Shown here one piece after another: positions 1-11,749 of a stretch of DNA of 64,000 nt. The stretch's first letter is position 1. Each line of letters starts with the position of its first letter. Below the pieces are notes generated by a model, which ran no database searches, was not told where the DNA came from, and saw only the letters and a program-made list of their open reading frames with translations. Position numbers and translations under genes: made by a program. This DNA comes from Raillietiella orientalis (Eukaryota), in assembly GCA_036172245.1 (NCBI GenBank), contig JAYWIR010000057.1, positions 124,001 through 188,000 of the forward strand, written 5' to 3'.

Positions 1-479
1 GGGGGGTGATGTGTTCGGCATTGCTGCATTTCGTTCAGAAGAGCAATGATTCGAATAGAATACAAGGCTGCTGAAATAGAGGACGTAAGCCGATGTCTCT
101 AACCAAACCGGGAGTACACAAAGAAGCAGTGCGTGTGTGAGAGAGCTCGTTTTTTTTCAAGGCAGGCGTAATTTTGTCAAAAGTGCTGACATCGTTTGGA
201 ATCTCATCGGAAATGAAAGGACAGTCTGCGATCAGTGGGCGCAGAGGGAAGAAACCAGCCAACTCCACAGTTCGCATTCAAACTGCTGTGAACGGGATGG
301 GTGCAGACGAGAGAGAAAGAAAAGGTAGGCGAGCGGTTGTACACAAAATGTTGCAAAGGAGAAACGTGGATTCCAGCGACTCCAGTCGAGCCCACAAGCG
401 GTTCTTAGGCATGATACATGAAGAGTGGTTTCCACATCTTGCCTTTTTGCTTTCCTTTTTGTTCACAATATGTTTATTA

Positions 480-1790
480 TATGTATTCATACAAAGATAA
501 ACGTACATTATAAAGATTATTCAAAAAAATAATACATATATATACTAATGTGCATATGGATCTGGAAACTGGCGCACATATTATTAACATGATGAATATC
601 ATGTTTGTATTTGCATATAGATTAATGTATACTGCAAAGCTTATAAAAAATAAACATGTATGTTCGTTATATATATTAATACGTATATTTGTTCACAGAA
701 TAATATGTATTACGAAGATTATTAAAAATGAATACATGTGTTTATTATATGCATGAACCTGTACATTGAAATATAAATTAACATTTAGACTAATATGCAA
801 ATGCATTTGAAGACGCATATTTACATATATAATTAATAATACGCATAAACACCTACTATTTATGTGTATATAGTAAAGAAGATGAAAAGTAAGCATGTAC
901 ACGATTATTCTTTATAATCTGTGCTATATATATTTATTTACCATATATATCAAAAATAAGCATGTACGTTCATTATACACATCAGTGTATATTTATACGT
1001 ATACGAAATATGTTTTATGAATTTTGCAAGTATCGAATTCTAAAAAATAAAAAATAATGATAGTCACAAACAATAGAAACAAAGAAAAAAGAAAACAGAT
1101 CAAAAAGAAAGAAAAGTAATTAAGTAAGAAAAGAAATTTTGTATTTCAGTTGGCTATCCTTTCCAACCCTCAATAAACGAAACTTCCTCGGGAAATGACG
1201 ACATCTCCTTTCAGGATCTTGGTCGTTCGATAAACATACATGTTCAGAATTCGATATTCATATATTCATTTCATATGCATTTATTTTATTTATAAATATA
1301 TATGTGTTAATATATATAATGAGCATGTGTATTTATTTTTTGTAATGTTCGATGTATACATTGTTAATATATATTATTACATACTATTAATTGTATCAAT
1401 GCATATGCATGTTGAAATAGATTTGTGTATTAATCTATATCAAAGTATCTACATTTTAGAGTACATAAAAGATGTATCCATTTGTTCCCTATAATATTTG
1501 GAATATAGATCATATGTTAATTTATATATCAATATGCCCATTAATATATATGATAAACACATGTATTCATTTTTAACAATTTTTGCAATTTATATATATA
1601 TATATATACGTACATTGATCTATAAATAATGAGCGCATTATAAATACTATGAAAAACATGCATGTTACTAATATCAATAAATATATATGTTAAAATGAAT
1701 ATGCACATTAAAAGATAAGGTACGTGTCTAAATTTTACAATCTTTATAATATGTATATGATAATCCATACATAAATTTATGTACAGTGCG
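480..1790. repeat. AT-rich low-complexity tract (TA/CATG-rich)
   Basis: Very AT-rich, with (TA)n runs (e.g. ~1591-1608); its ORFs are Y/I/M-rich artefacts. Confidence 0.7.
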
Positions 1791-2899
1791 CATTAGACAT
1801 AGTCACCTTTGCGGGAATCAAAATTGCAAAGATGTTACGTCTATAGAATGTTGTTGATTCTATCGACATGGGTAGACGAAAGAAAAGAAACAAATGTCAA
1901 TTTTGGATAATTGAATAAAAGAAACCAAACAGTTGAACAGTAACACGAATTTCCATAATCGAATGAGCAAATATTACAGAAGCAAAAATGATGATAGTGT
2001 ACGATGATGCGTGAATGTCGATGATACGATAAAAAATTGTACTCCAACTTCTTCACGATTGCTTTTCCCCGTATTCTTCTGAGAAGAATATCATGAACAG
2101 GAAGTCTGACCACTCAGTAGCTAAATTGGATGAGTGGTCAGTCACTTTGTCAACATCCAATTTTTGAACCTTGTCACTCCCATCTAAATTTCTTCTTCTG
2201 CATGCTCCATAGGAGCGTTCATAGTGGGTATCCAGGTCATTTCTCTCTCACTCCATAATCTCAGAGTCGCTTTTCTGTTATTATGGAATTGAATCGCCTT
2301 GCAATGGGTATGCCATTTTCCTCAGTAAATACAGCCGATCGGTTGGACCAACTTTACCTTCGTTCCCTTTTCGATTTCATGTAAAATATCCAACTTTTCA
2401 TTGGAACACTTAATGAAATTTCTCTTATTTTCCCCCCATCTTTAACGCGGTTGGAAAAAGTCTCCTTTATCGAACGACAGGAAACTTGCAATGTGGACTG
2501 CATCAAGGGTCGCTTGCGCCAAAAGGTGACCCTGTCGAGCGTGCACTGTATCTGCAATGAGCATACGGCCAAGACCTTTTGGGATTTTCATCGACACGAT
2601 GGCGCCCTGGTTCGGGTCGCTCCCGTCGGTGGGGCCAGCGCCCGCAGCATAGCGCTATTCTGGCGGCACCCCGCTCCTCGCCCGCACGCATGGGATGTGC
2701 GCCAGCCCCACGGACCTAGGCGAAGCCCTGTGGGCCATCATCGTTCGCCCGGGGGTGGCGCACTTTCCAGGCGCCGAACCCCTCCCCGCTCGAACCCTTT
2801 CCCACCACGACTGAGCTAGCCTACTTTCAGTTCGGCCCAATGCGAAGGGAAAAACCAACAATGTGCTAGCGTCGACGCAGCTCATTGGCGGAAAAGTGC

Positions 2900-5390
2900 A
2901 CAAGAGACCATGGCAACCTGGCACGCGTGGCTGCCGCTTTCTGGTTTCGTGTGCTCATGCGGGAAGAAGGTACGCTGTAAAGAGCACAGTACGCGCGTAC
3001 GTTGCGTAAGTGTTGTGCCTGTGGAGCCTTCGGATCCTCCCTCTGAGGTACCTTTCATGTTATTTTTAAACCTCTGCAATTGCTGCCGGCATCTCGATAT
3101 TTTCTTTACCAACAAGTTGGTGTGGTAAAATATCGAGTTTTCCATGGTCGTGATTTGATGAACAGTAACGAACGATTCACTGTTTTCCGCTGGATGACTT
3201 GCCACGTCAGATTTCAATACTTTCACAGATCAAGAGCAGGGAAGGAAGACCACTGCAGATAATCGAATAGTATAGGATCGTCCCATTTTTTTGTCTTCTT
3301 CTATATGGAGAAACATCCTTTTTGTTTTCATGAGACCAGGAACCACTGGTAATAGCCACAAGCGAAAAGTGGTGATATTTTACCGTCGGTTGTGCACAAA
3401 GGATAGAACAAAAGGGCTTAATAAATTAGATGCGATTGTGAGGCATCCGAGTCTATGGATCTTCAAAGCAGAACGCATGCACGCGTCAAGCCTCATCTCT
3501 GCTGGCAAGCTGGAAAGGAGCAAACGTGCACATTGGCTCAAGTATTTCCAGATCGATCCTTTGAGATTTTCATTCGTTGGAGAACTCAGGTTCGTACACG
3601 GTGGCAACGCGAATGCCTGGGGTGAGCCTACAGTGCTGTTCCAATCGTGATAGTGTTCCATTGTTTTCTTCAAAATCGCATACCACAGCGTAGTGGCGCT
3701 GCATCCTACGATTCTCGTCTCTCTTAATAGTTACGAACTATTAAGAGCTCTTAATAATTACGAACTTTACCATTGCTAGCCGCAGTGCTGTGTATCCTAC
3801 GAGTGGCCAACTTTTCCGTGCAAAGGAAAATTCCTGTGTGCAGGACACTCGACAAAAGAAAAGACTGCCGCAGGCGAAGATCTACCGGAGTCTACAGGTG
3901 TCGACGTTTCGAGGAAACGTCGACACGTGTCATGCCACAGTCGGCACGAGGCAGCTGCATGTCCGCTCCCCGCTGCAGTTTCGATAAGCATCCCAGATGA
4001 TGACTATGTTGAGACTGGTGATGCTATTCCTGTTCTCGAAATGATTCGAATTGTAGGTCCATTGCTCTTGTGGGTTCCTTTCCGATGATACTATGTTCTC
4101 AAATTACTTGCTAGATCCTACATTTCACTGCAGGTGTATACTAGGTTCCGAAGGAATTTAAGTAATTTCCTGTCTACAGCACAATGTCCATAGCTGGTAC
4201 GGACTGCGTTTTGAGAGTCTCCTGTTAAACTTTTTCCTGTCTCCGTTGGCATTGCACATTCGGTCGCCATGTAAGTCTTCTGAAATGCTCTTTCCTCAAT
4301 ACTTTTCGATGATATCTCGGAATTCAAAAACCCAGTAGCTAGTTGCTGTTTTCTCCTGCAAGCGAGATCCCCGTTTCCGTTTGCTACTTTGTAATCGACA
4401 TATCATTGTGGAAATAAGAGACTAAGAGAGATGCAATCTATTGTGGAAATCTGCAGAGGCGGTGCCATTCTGCTCCTTCTAGTGGAGCAAATCATCGGCT
4501 CATCTTCCACTTCTTTCCATAACACAATGAATCCGTCAGGAACTATTGATAAAATAATCGAATCCATGGGTTTTCCTGACGAATACTCTTTTTAGTTGAC
4601 TTGTACAACCACTTGTAGCGAGAAGCTCTACTCTTGCGAAATGAGTCTGCTTCTGTTTCGCATTTGCTCTGCATTTCTGGCGCATATACATTTATAGGGA
4701 AGTATTTATATGAACATTTATAGAGAACAGTCTTTGAGAATAGATGAACTCCATCTCTAAAAACCGATCTCGGGACTGAATCATATCCTAGAGCTCCCAA
4801 CGAAGTCAGTATTTTCGTGAAATCCTACATCTTCGTTCGTTAAGGGTATAATTTTTGTCGCAGGTGTTGCAAGGTGATAGTCTATGCGAAGAAGGCTCGG
4901 TCTCCCTTTGGCTCTGACGGATGTCTTCAAGTTGTTGTATCTTGCTTTTATGGTGTTTTCTTGTTCACCAAAACTAACAGAAATACATTCACCAGTCATT
5001 ATTATGCTTGGCGAGTCTTTGTCTATTGAAGGGTTTGTATTTCTAGTGTGGCTTTGCCCGTTTGACCCCAAGTGTAAAACTGAAACGAAGCTCTGTTCGT
5101 AGCAACTGAAGCAACTCCATCACTTAACTCAAGAAATGTGGTGCGATTCAGGACAGCTATACTCTCTTTGGTCATAAGAATATTTGCATAGAACCTTTTA
5201 TCAGGTTAAGAATCTTCATGAAATCGATAGTCTTTGCAAAATTTACAACACTATCGTGGAGTATAGAGAAACACATAAGCTCAAAGTATCTGGCAGCTAC
5301 GAAGTGGGATGTCACCAAAATATGACCCATCTCGGCGCCATGGACAAGGTTGATAAGTTGTCTTAATATAGAAGACATGATTCTGTACAT
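2900..5390 (-). mobile_element. Heavily decayed DNA-transposon transposase, CMC/EnSpm(Mirage)-like
   Basis: Minus-strand fragments with many stops and frameshifts: VPDG/IHCVME (~4515-4545, frameshifted) resembles the CMC D-x-M-H...GV motif; MEHYHDW...GSPQAF...ENLKGSIWKY (~3540-3665) resembles the H...FGPL..F..FE..G.I motif; the motifs are in the expected order. Confidence 0.4.
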
Positions 5391-5689
5391 ATATATCCTG
5401 TTACGAATCGTACAGTCATTTAGTATATAATAAAATCATTTATTGCCCTGTACTTCACCTGTTTTCGTGGTTTGTAACAGTTCCTTATGCTTATATATTA
5501 ATTTATTGATCACCCTTTCGTAGATTTTGAATAATATTTAATCTCTTTAACATTACGTTGGCTCTCGTATAGTTTCCCACATGCTAAATCAAGACCAGCA
5601 AGCATGTTCACAGTACCTCTGTAGAGATGGTTATGTATGCAATGGTAGCTATATGTACATACCCAGGTTTTACAGAAATATATACAGTT

Positions 5690-5999
5690 TACGAAAAACG
5701 GCTTGTTTTTCTCGGACTGCGGGCCGCGCGACCCCTCCATGATGGCTCCAGTAGATTTCCCTCGCGTACCACGGGCGTTCCGTGCTGGAGCGGTGATAGA
5801 CGCGGATGGCTCTGCAGCCTTTATCTCGATATTTTTCCCTGGCGTCGCGCGGGGCTTCACCGCAGGGTGCAGAGGCTGCTTTCCCTTCTGAGCGGGCTTT
5901 CGAGTTTCTTTGCACGTTGCAACGCCCGCACGATCTTTTGTGGGCGTACCACGTTTTAAGTTAGCGGTGTCTGAGCCGGATTTCTCGCTCCACGACTGG
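5690..5999 (-). mobile_element. C-terminal low-complexity part of the Tx1-like ORF1, split from 7619-8450 by the nested LINE
   Basis: QSWSEKSGSDTANLKRGTP... (frame of ORF 5510..6019) continues in frame from ...SNTPAQS at 7619-7640 once 6000-7618 and one TSD copy are removed. Confidence 0.75.
5992..5999 (+). repeat. Left target-site duplication ACGACTGG
   Basis: Identical 8-mer at 7619-7626. Confidence 0.8.
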
Positions 6000-7618
6000 A
6001 TCCGCCTGGGGATCCCCACGGGCAGGTGCTTGAAGTACCTCGGCGTTCCCTTGGGCGTCTTCTGTCCAGCAGAAGCGTGGTCGGACTGTCTTCACAAGGC
6101 CGAGACTGCTCTGGGCCCGTTCCAAAGCGGCAGGTTTCTCCTGTCGGAACGGGCCTTCGTGTGGAACATTTTCGTTGCCCCCCTCCTCCGTCCCCTCTTT
6201 TTTTGTTTGTCCCCCTCCCTACTCGGCTAAGCGCCGGGCGCAACGCCTGTTGCGTAACGCCCTGTGGGGACCGGCGAGGTCCAGGATACGCCTGAAGGAC
6301 TTGGCGGCTCCTCGGCGGGATGCAGGATTGGGCATCCTGACGCTGGAGCGGATCGGACTGCTAGTGCAGTTCCGCATGCTGGCACTTTGTGCGCAGCTCT
6401 GGACTACTCCCTGGTGTGCTCCAGCGCGGCTGCTGCTGCGGCGCTGCACGGGTGGCGACGGACTACGTTCGTTGCATCTGCGCACGGAGCGCGCCCAGAG
6501 AGGATTCGGCTTCCCTTTGAAGCAGCTCGCCACGCTTCTGGGAAAGCATGAGTGGATCTCCTGCCGGCCGACGAACTTCAACGCCTGGAGGCAGGAAGCC
6601 TTATCGTCCTGGGCAGCGCAACAGGATGTGTCCCGTTTGGAACTCCGTTGCGTGAAACTTTCCCCATACTGTCCAGTGGGGGAGGTGCTGGAAGACCAGG
6701 ACCAGTGGACACGCCTAGCCGCTACGCCACTCGCCGAAGCACTGTGTGCACTGATGGTGCGAGATGACAGTGACCTGCCGGCGAGGTGGGAGATCACTTG
6801 CGAAATCGCAGGCGAAACCCGACTGCTGGGCGGCTGGCGGACTTGCGAAGTGGCAGACGCTGCCACACCTCGCATTCTTGCAAAGGGGCTTCTCCGGTGG
6901 AGTGAGCTCCTCGGGGTGCACACCGATGAACTTGTGGTCCCTTCTGCGTGTTTGGACGCGACTCTCTTCCCCCTTCGGTGGAAGCAGGACGCTTTTCTGC
7001 TGGTGCATTGGGGTTTGTACTGCAACCAGCGGGCGCACCTGATTTCCGGGGGACTTGCGTCCCCGAACTGTGCCAAATACGGAGCGGTGGAATCGCTTCC
7101 GCATTTGCTGTTTGAGTGCGGTGCCCTCCAGGAGCTGTGGCAACGGCTGTCTTCAGCGCTCCTGCACCCTGGACACACCGCACTGGATTGGATGCGCCGC
7201 TTCTACACGCGTGGCGGACTTTCTCTTGGAGCGCTCGTCGCAATCATCTGCTGCGTCCGCGCCATTGTCAGGGCCCGCCACGTATTGCAGATGCGAGCAG
7301 TCCGAACATTGTTCCCCGACACCGCAGCCTGCAACCTGCAAATGGCTGCCGGGTGGCCACATCTTGGAGCAGAAGTGAGGACGGAGATCGGCGGCATTCA
7401 CCGCCGGTTCTGAGAATAGGAACGGTTAGACTGTATACCCCTGTCCCCGCCCTCCCACCCAATCTATTTATTTATTGTGCCCCCCTCTCCCGTTCCGAAC
7501 TCTCAGTATGCCCGGACTGCGTTCCGGGAAATCTACTCCCCATTTTCTGTTCCCCTTGCCTGGGAACACAGTTCCCAGTTGATATTATAATAAACGTCCC
7601 GGCGCAACCGGGTAATAA
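6000..7618 (+). mobile_element. 5'-truncated L1/Tx1-clade non-LTR retrotransposon: RT thumb, C-terminal zf-RVT, 3' UTR
   Basis: LKYLGVPLG thumb motif (~6030-6056); one frameshift near the C-run at ~6215; 412-aa ORF with SPNCAKYGAVESLPHLLFEC zinc-finger motif; stop at 7413; AATAAA at 7589 and 7614; flanked by the direct repeat ACGACTGG. Confidence 0.9.
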
Positions 7619-7626
7619 ACGACTGG
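7619..7626 (+). repeat. Right target-site duplication ACGACTGG
   Basis: Identical to 5992-5999; sits at the end of the terminal AATAAA (shares its last A). Confidence 0.8.
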
Positions 7627-8450
7627 GCCGGAGTATTCGATGCGGACGGCGTATATTCGAGGCGATTGCGCACCCGTCGTTTCCGCTTCATCTCGGCGCA
7701 CGCATTTATGGAGTGGCCGAGCATTTTGCAGTAGCGGCAACTGCAGGTGGGGCCCTCCTTACCGCAGTTGCCACATGCCGGTTTCTGGCCGGCAAACCGT
7801 AGGTACACGACCGCGTTGCCAAGCTGGAGCTGCGAAAGCAACAGCCCCCGGTGCTCCATGGTGACGCGCGCCGTGGCGAGCCCTCAATGGAGGCATGGAA
7901 GCTTTTTCACATGGTTTGCGCGCCTCCGCAACGTTCTTCGGGGGGTACACTGTGGCAGAGCGCGAATTAACTCGCGGTCGGCAATTCCCGACCGGTGGGC
8001 TGATAGTTGGACCACGAATGACTGGTCCATGGCCGCGGAAATGATGTCCTTTCCCCGGATCTTAAACAGGGTTCGAAGCAGGCGCTGCACGAGGGCTGCA
8101 TCCTTGCAGTGAACCTCCCAATGTCCGAGTGCGCTCACAGGCATTAACCCCAGGAGGTCGTCCTTGCGGACCCCGACGCGCTCCAGCTCGCTCCAGAGCT
8201 GGTCACCCGTCCCATCCTTATACGAGGCACTAACCTTGTACGACAGAGCGGGCTTCTAGCCTTGGGCTACATATGCTCGCAGCTCTGCCTCGTCCGGGGG
8301 CGCTCTGTTAGCCGCCGCTGCCTTCGCAACGGCGGCAAAACTCCTCGCTGGAGGCGAGGGAAGAGCAGTGGAGGCTCCATTCACCTCGGAAGAGGGTCCT
8401 GCAGGGCAGGGGGATTCCTCCACATCCATGGTTACGGGCGTTGGCTTCAT
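7619..8450 (-). mobile_element. Tx1-like ORF1 (gag-like, zinc knuckle), pseudogenised
   Basis: ORFs 8256..8450, 7884..8144 and 7533..7859 share one frame, broken by two stops. Contains the N-terminal SFAAVAKA motif, an RRM-like middle and LRFAGQKPACGNC...CRYCKMLGHSINAC (CCHC knuckle). Confidence 0.85.
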
Positions 8451-8555
8451 TTTCTAATGGAAATCACACCACACCCGAAAAAGTCACCGACCGCAAAAAG
8501 AACACCAGAGCCGGAGCTCAAGAATGCACGTCCTAACAATGGGAGGGGGTCGGTT

Positions 8556-10450
8556 GTTTTGTCACCCGGGTGCGTCGGGGCGTTTATTCCTAAACTATCC
8601 AGGAACAGAGTTCCCGAACAAAGGACACAGAAGAAACGAAGGGGGGGATCCCCGACACGCAGGTCAATAAACCGAAAGTCCGGAACGGGAGGGAGGGGAC
8701 CACAAATACACATATAAAAAAACATAAACAAAGATATGGGGAGGGTAAGGGACAGGAGTCTTTGGTTTCAGCTGTTCATTTCCTTCAGAACCGGCGGTGG
8801 ATGCAGGAGATCTCGCTCCTAACGTCTTCCGGAAGATGGGCCCACTCGGCAGCCAACGCCATGTTCACACCGGCTATTCCGGTGGCCTGATGACGAATCT
8901 CCAGCTTCTCCAGCGCTTGGTGGGCCTTGACGATGGCGCGGGTGCAACAGACCGTTGCAATAACAGCACCTAAGGACAGACCGCCTGGAGTGAAGAAGCG
9001 ACGCAACAAATCCCTCGCGGTGTCCCCCTGGTGCAGGAGAACAGATGCCAGCCTCCGCCACAGTCCTTGGAGGACACCGCAGTCCAAAAGCGGATGCGGG
9101 AGAGTTTCCACTTCTTCGCACCTTTTGCACTTCGGGGAGACTACTCCCCCGGAAACAAGGTTCGTGCGCTAGTTGCAATGGAAACGCCAATGAATCAGCA
9201 GGATGATGTCCTGTTTCCACGTAAGGGGGAACACAGAAGTGTTCGCGCACGAGAAAGGGACTATAAGTGCTTCAAGGGGGAACACTCAAAAGTTCGCTCC
9301 AGAAATTGTATTCCGTTTTTAAAGGAAATAGAGACAAGGCTTTAATGTGGCGAACTCCCACCTCGCCGGTAGGCAACTGTCATCACTTGCCCTGAGGGCT
9401 CGCAGCGCGTCAGCGAGCCGCGTAACAGCCAGGGGAGTCCACTTCTGGTGGTTCATGACCTCCACCGTACAGTACGGAGAGAGGTTGACGCAACAGAGTT
9501 CCATCCTGCTGACATGCCCAGGCATACAGCGGTTCTTGCAGCCAGGCGTTAAAGTTCGTTGGGCAGCAGGAGATCCCAAGTGTGGGCTACCAGGAGCCGG
9601 TAAAGCGGTTTCAAGGGGAAACCGAAGCCCCTCGTGGCGCGCTCCGTATGCAGCCGGAGAGACAGAAGTCCATCGCTGCCGGTACAGCGCCGCATCAGCA
9701 GGCGCGTGGGAGCACACCATGGAGTGGACCAGCAGTTGGTGCACAGGGCCAACATTCGAAACTCCCTCCTTAAAGAAGTTTGGGCCTCTTGTGATTTTTC
9801 CACTTGTTCCAAGGGATTCGGATGCAGTGGGGATGTGATAAACGTGCATTTGCATACCCGTCGAAAGGGATCCGTGAGGAAGCTCCGAAGGAGCAGTTCA
9901 ATCCTCTCCAACGTCAGGATACCCAAGTCGGCATCCCGACGCGGAGCCGCTAAGTCTTTGAGGCGGATCCTGGACCTTGAGGGTCCCCACAAAGCGTTTC
10001 TCAACAGGCGTTTCGCCTAGAGCTTGGCTGAGTAGGGGGGCGGGCAAATAAAAAACAGAAGGCGGAAGAGGGGGCAATGAAGGTGTTCCAAACGGAGGGC
10101 AGCTCCGGCAGGACGAACCTGCTAAGTTGGAACGGGCCCAGAGCACTCTCAGCCTTCCGAAGGCAGTCTTACCACGCTTCCACTGGACTGATGTCCCCCA
10201 GCGGGACGCCTAGGTACTTCAAAGACCTGGTCATGGGATTCTTAGGCACATCTAGTCTCACTGCCCTTCCAAAGTCGATAAACCAATCGGGACGACCGCG
10301 CACATCGACCTCATCCCGTTCCCCGAAGCATCAGCGCTAAGTCCTCGAGCCTAGCCGTAGGGGTGGACATGGGCAACAGGAGATGCAGGTCGTCCACGTA
10401 AACGGCCACGGACGGCGAACCTGCAGAAGAGCTCGGCAGGTTGGCCAGCG
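8556..10450 (-). mobile_element. Second decayed Tx1-like ORF2 copy (RT catalytic motif to 3' end)
   Basis: YVDD at 10389-10400; LKYLGVPLG ~10195-10222; RNALWGPSRSRIRLKDLAAPRRD is nearly identical to the plus-strand copy; ETLPHPLLDC...IHRRF* ends at 8785; 3' UTR aligns with 7414-7618. Confidence 0.9.
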
Positions 10451-10908
10451 TTAGACTATATGCCTTCAGCACCAACTAGAAGATTCTGAAGAGCACAGCT
10501 CAGACCGTCTCCCTGCCTTATGCTCCACCGTACACGTGGCAGCCCCTGAAGGAGATGGACCATAAAGCATGGCACCAGCAGGAGTGCAAGTAGATGTGCC
10601 AAAAGTTTCGTCTAGGCAAAAGGGTTAGATTTGCTAAGGAAGGGAATTGTTTCGGTATTGATGTGATACATGTATTGTGTATCAACTTTTTTAGTAAGAT
10701 TGGAAACTTAGAAAGCTTTAGTTGATATCTCTAAAATCTATTGCTGGTGATGATAGTGTTATTGAATGCGGCTTATGTAACTTTGGTTGAATGCAAAATT
10801 TCAAAGGACTAGCAATGGCAGAAGCAAATAAGGTGGGGATACATATATATTAAATATGTGTATCTTAATACTGCACTTCAAAACATTCGATAGCTACTCC
10901 ATGTGTCC

Positions 10909-11640
10909 TCACCTGAAAGATTGAAGAAACTCTTGACGCGGTGTAGGTGATCTCTGCAAGGACCCCAGTGCAAGAAGGGGCCCCACGTCGTAAACGGTAA
11001 AAAGGTCTCGCAGTTGCCAAATGTGCAGTTCCGTTATTTCGGTTTGGGACCTGATGAGGAACACGAAAATTCGAGTTCCAGACTCTCGTAGGCGACACCA
11101 TGTGAACATCTGCCACAGCTTCGGAGTTGTAGCCCTGAGACCAGACATTGAATCCGAAAGATCGAGATCACGCCTCGAGAGTCCATCATCTGCATGTATA
11201 CTCTGAATGGGAAGCTCTCTTGTCACATTAGAATAAAAATCGATGTCAGGGAAACCGGTCAAACTTCGATGCCGAGCGACCCGATTCCTTGGTAAACCAT
11301 GAGATGGCAACCGTCGATTGGGAGAAAACTGAAAATGAGGGAACATTCCTCCTGCTACCCACCCAGTGTCCCGTATCTTTTGATAAAAGACCACTTCGGA
11401 ATAAACTGTTGCTAGCCGACCGGCCTTGCCGAAACGAACCCTATGCATCGCATACTACACGCTCGGCTTCAAAAGTGAGACTCCGATTAGTGTACCGAGT
11501 CACACTAACAGTGTAGTCGCTTCCACGCCGCTTCGATGTCCTCGGCTTTCTCCGAGATCTGCCGCATTTCCAGAACTGCGAGGCCCAAAGCTCCGTTTGG
11601 ATTCAGCCACCACACGCCTCTACTCGTTATCGAGCTGTCT
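10909..11640 (-). pseudogene. Unidentified, probably decayed exon
   Basis: 179-aa open frame ending at a CAG|GTGAG donor (~10912). The upstream in-frame hydrophobic stretch is broken by stops; acceptor-like TTAACAG at ~11639. No family recognised. Confidence 0.25.
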
Positions 11641-11749
11641 GTTAAGTAGAGAGGAGACGATGTTACGCGCTCAGTGTTGAGGTATTTTTCATACAAAGAG
11701 TAGCTTCATGATCATGATGTGATAACAAATAAAAAGTCTTGCATGTTCT

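Noticed and set aside
174..500. 108-aa ORF at the window start
   Set aside because: No recognisable family, and it runs into AT-rich sequence; may be a repeat remnant but cannot be supported.
5399..5479. TGTTAC...AATAAA...GTAACA resembling a solo LTR
   Set aside because: Only ~80 bp, no matching TSD and no second copy.
6219..7178. 319-aa minus-strand ORF
   Set aside because: Antisense shadow of the GC-rich RT ORF; S/R-rich with no motifs.
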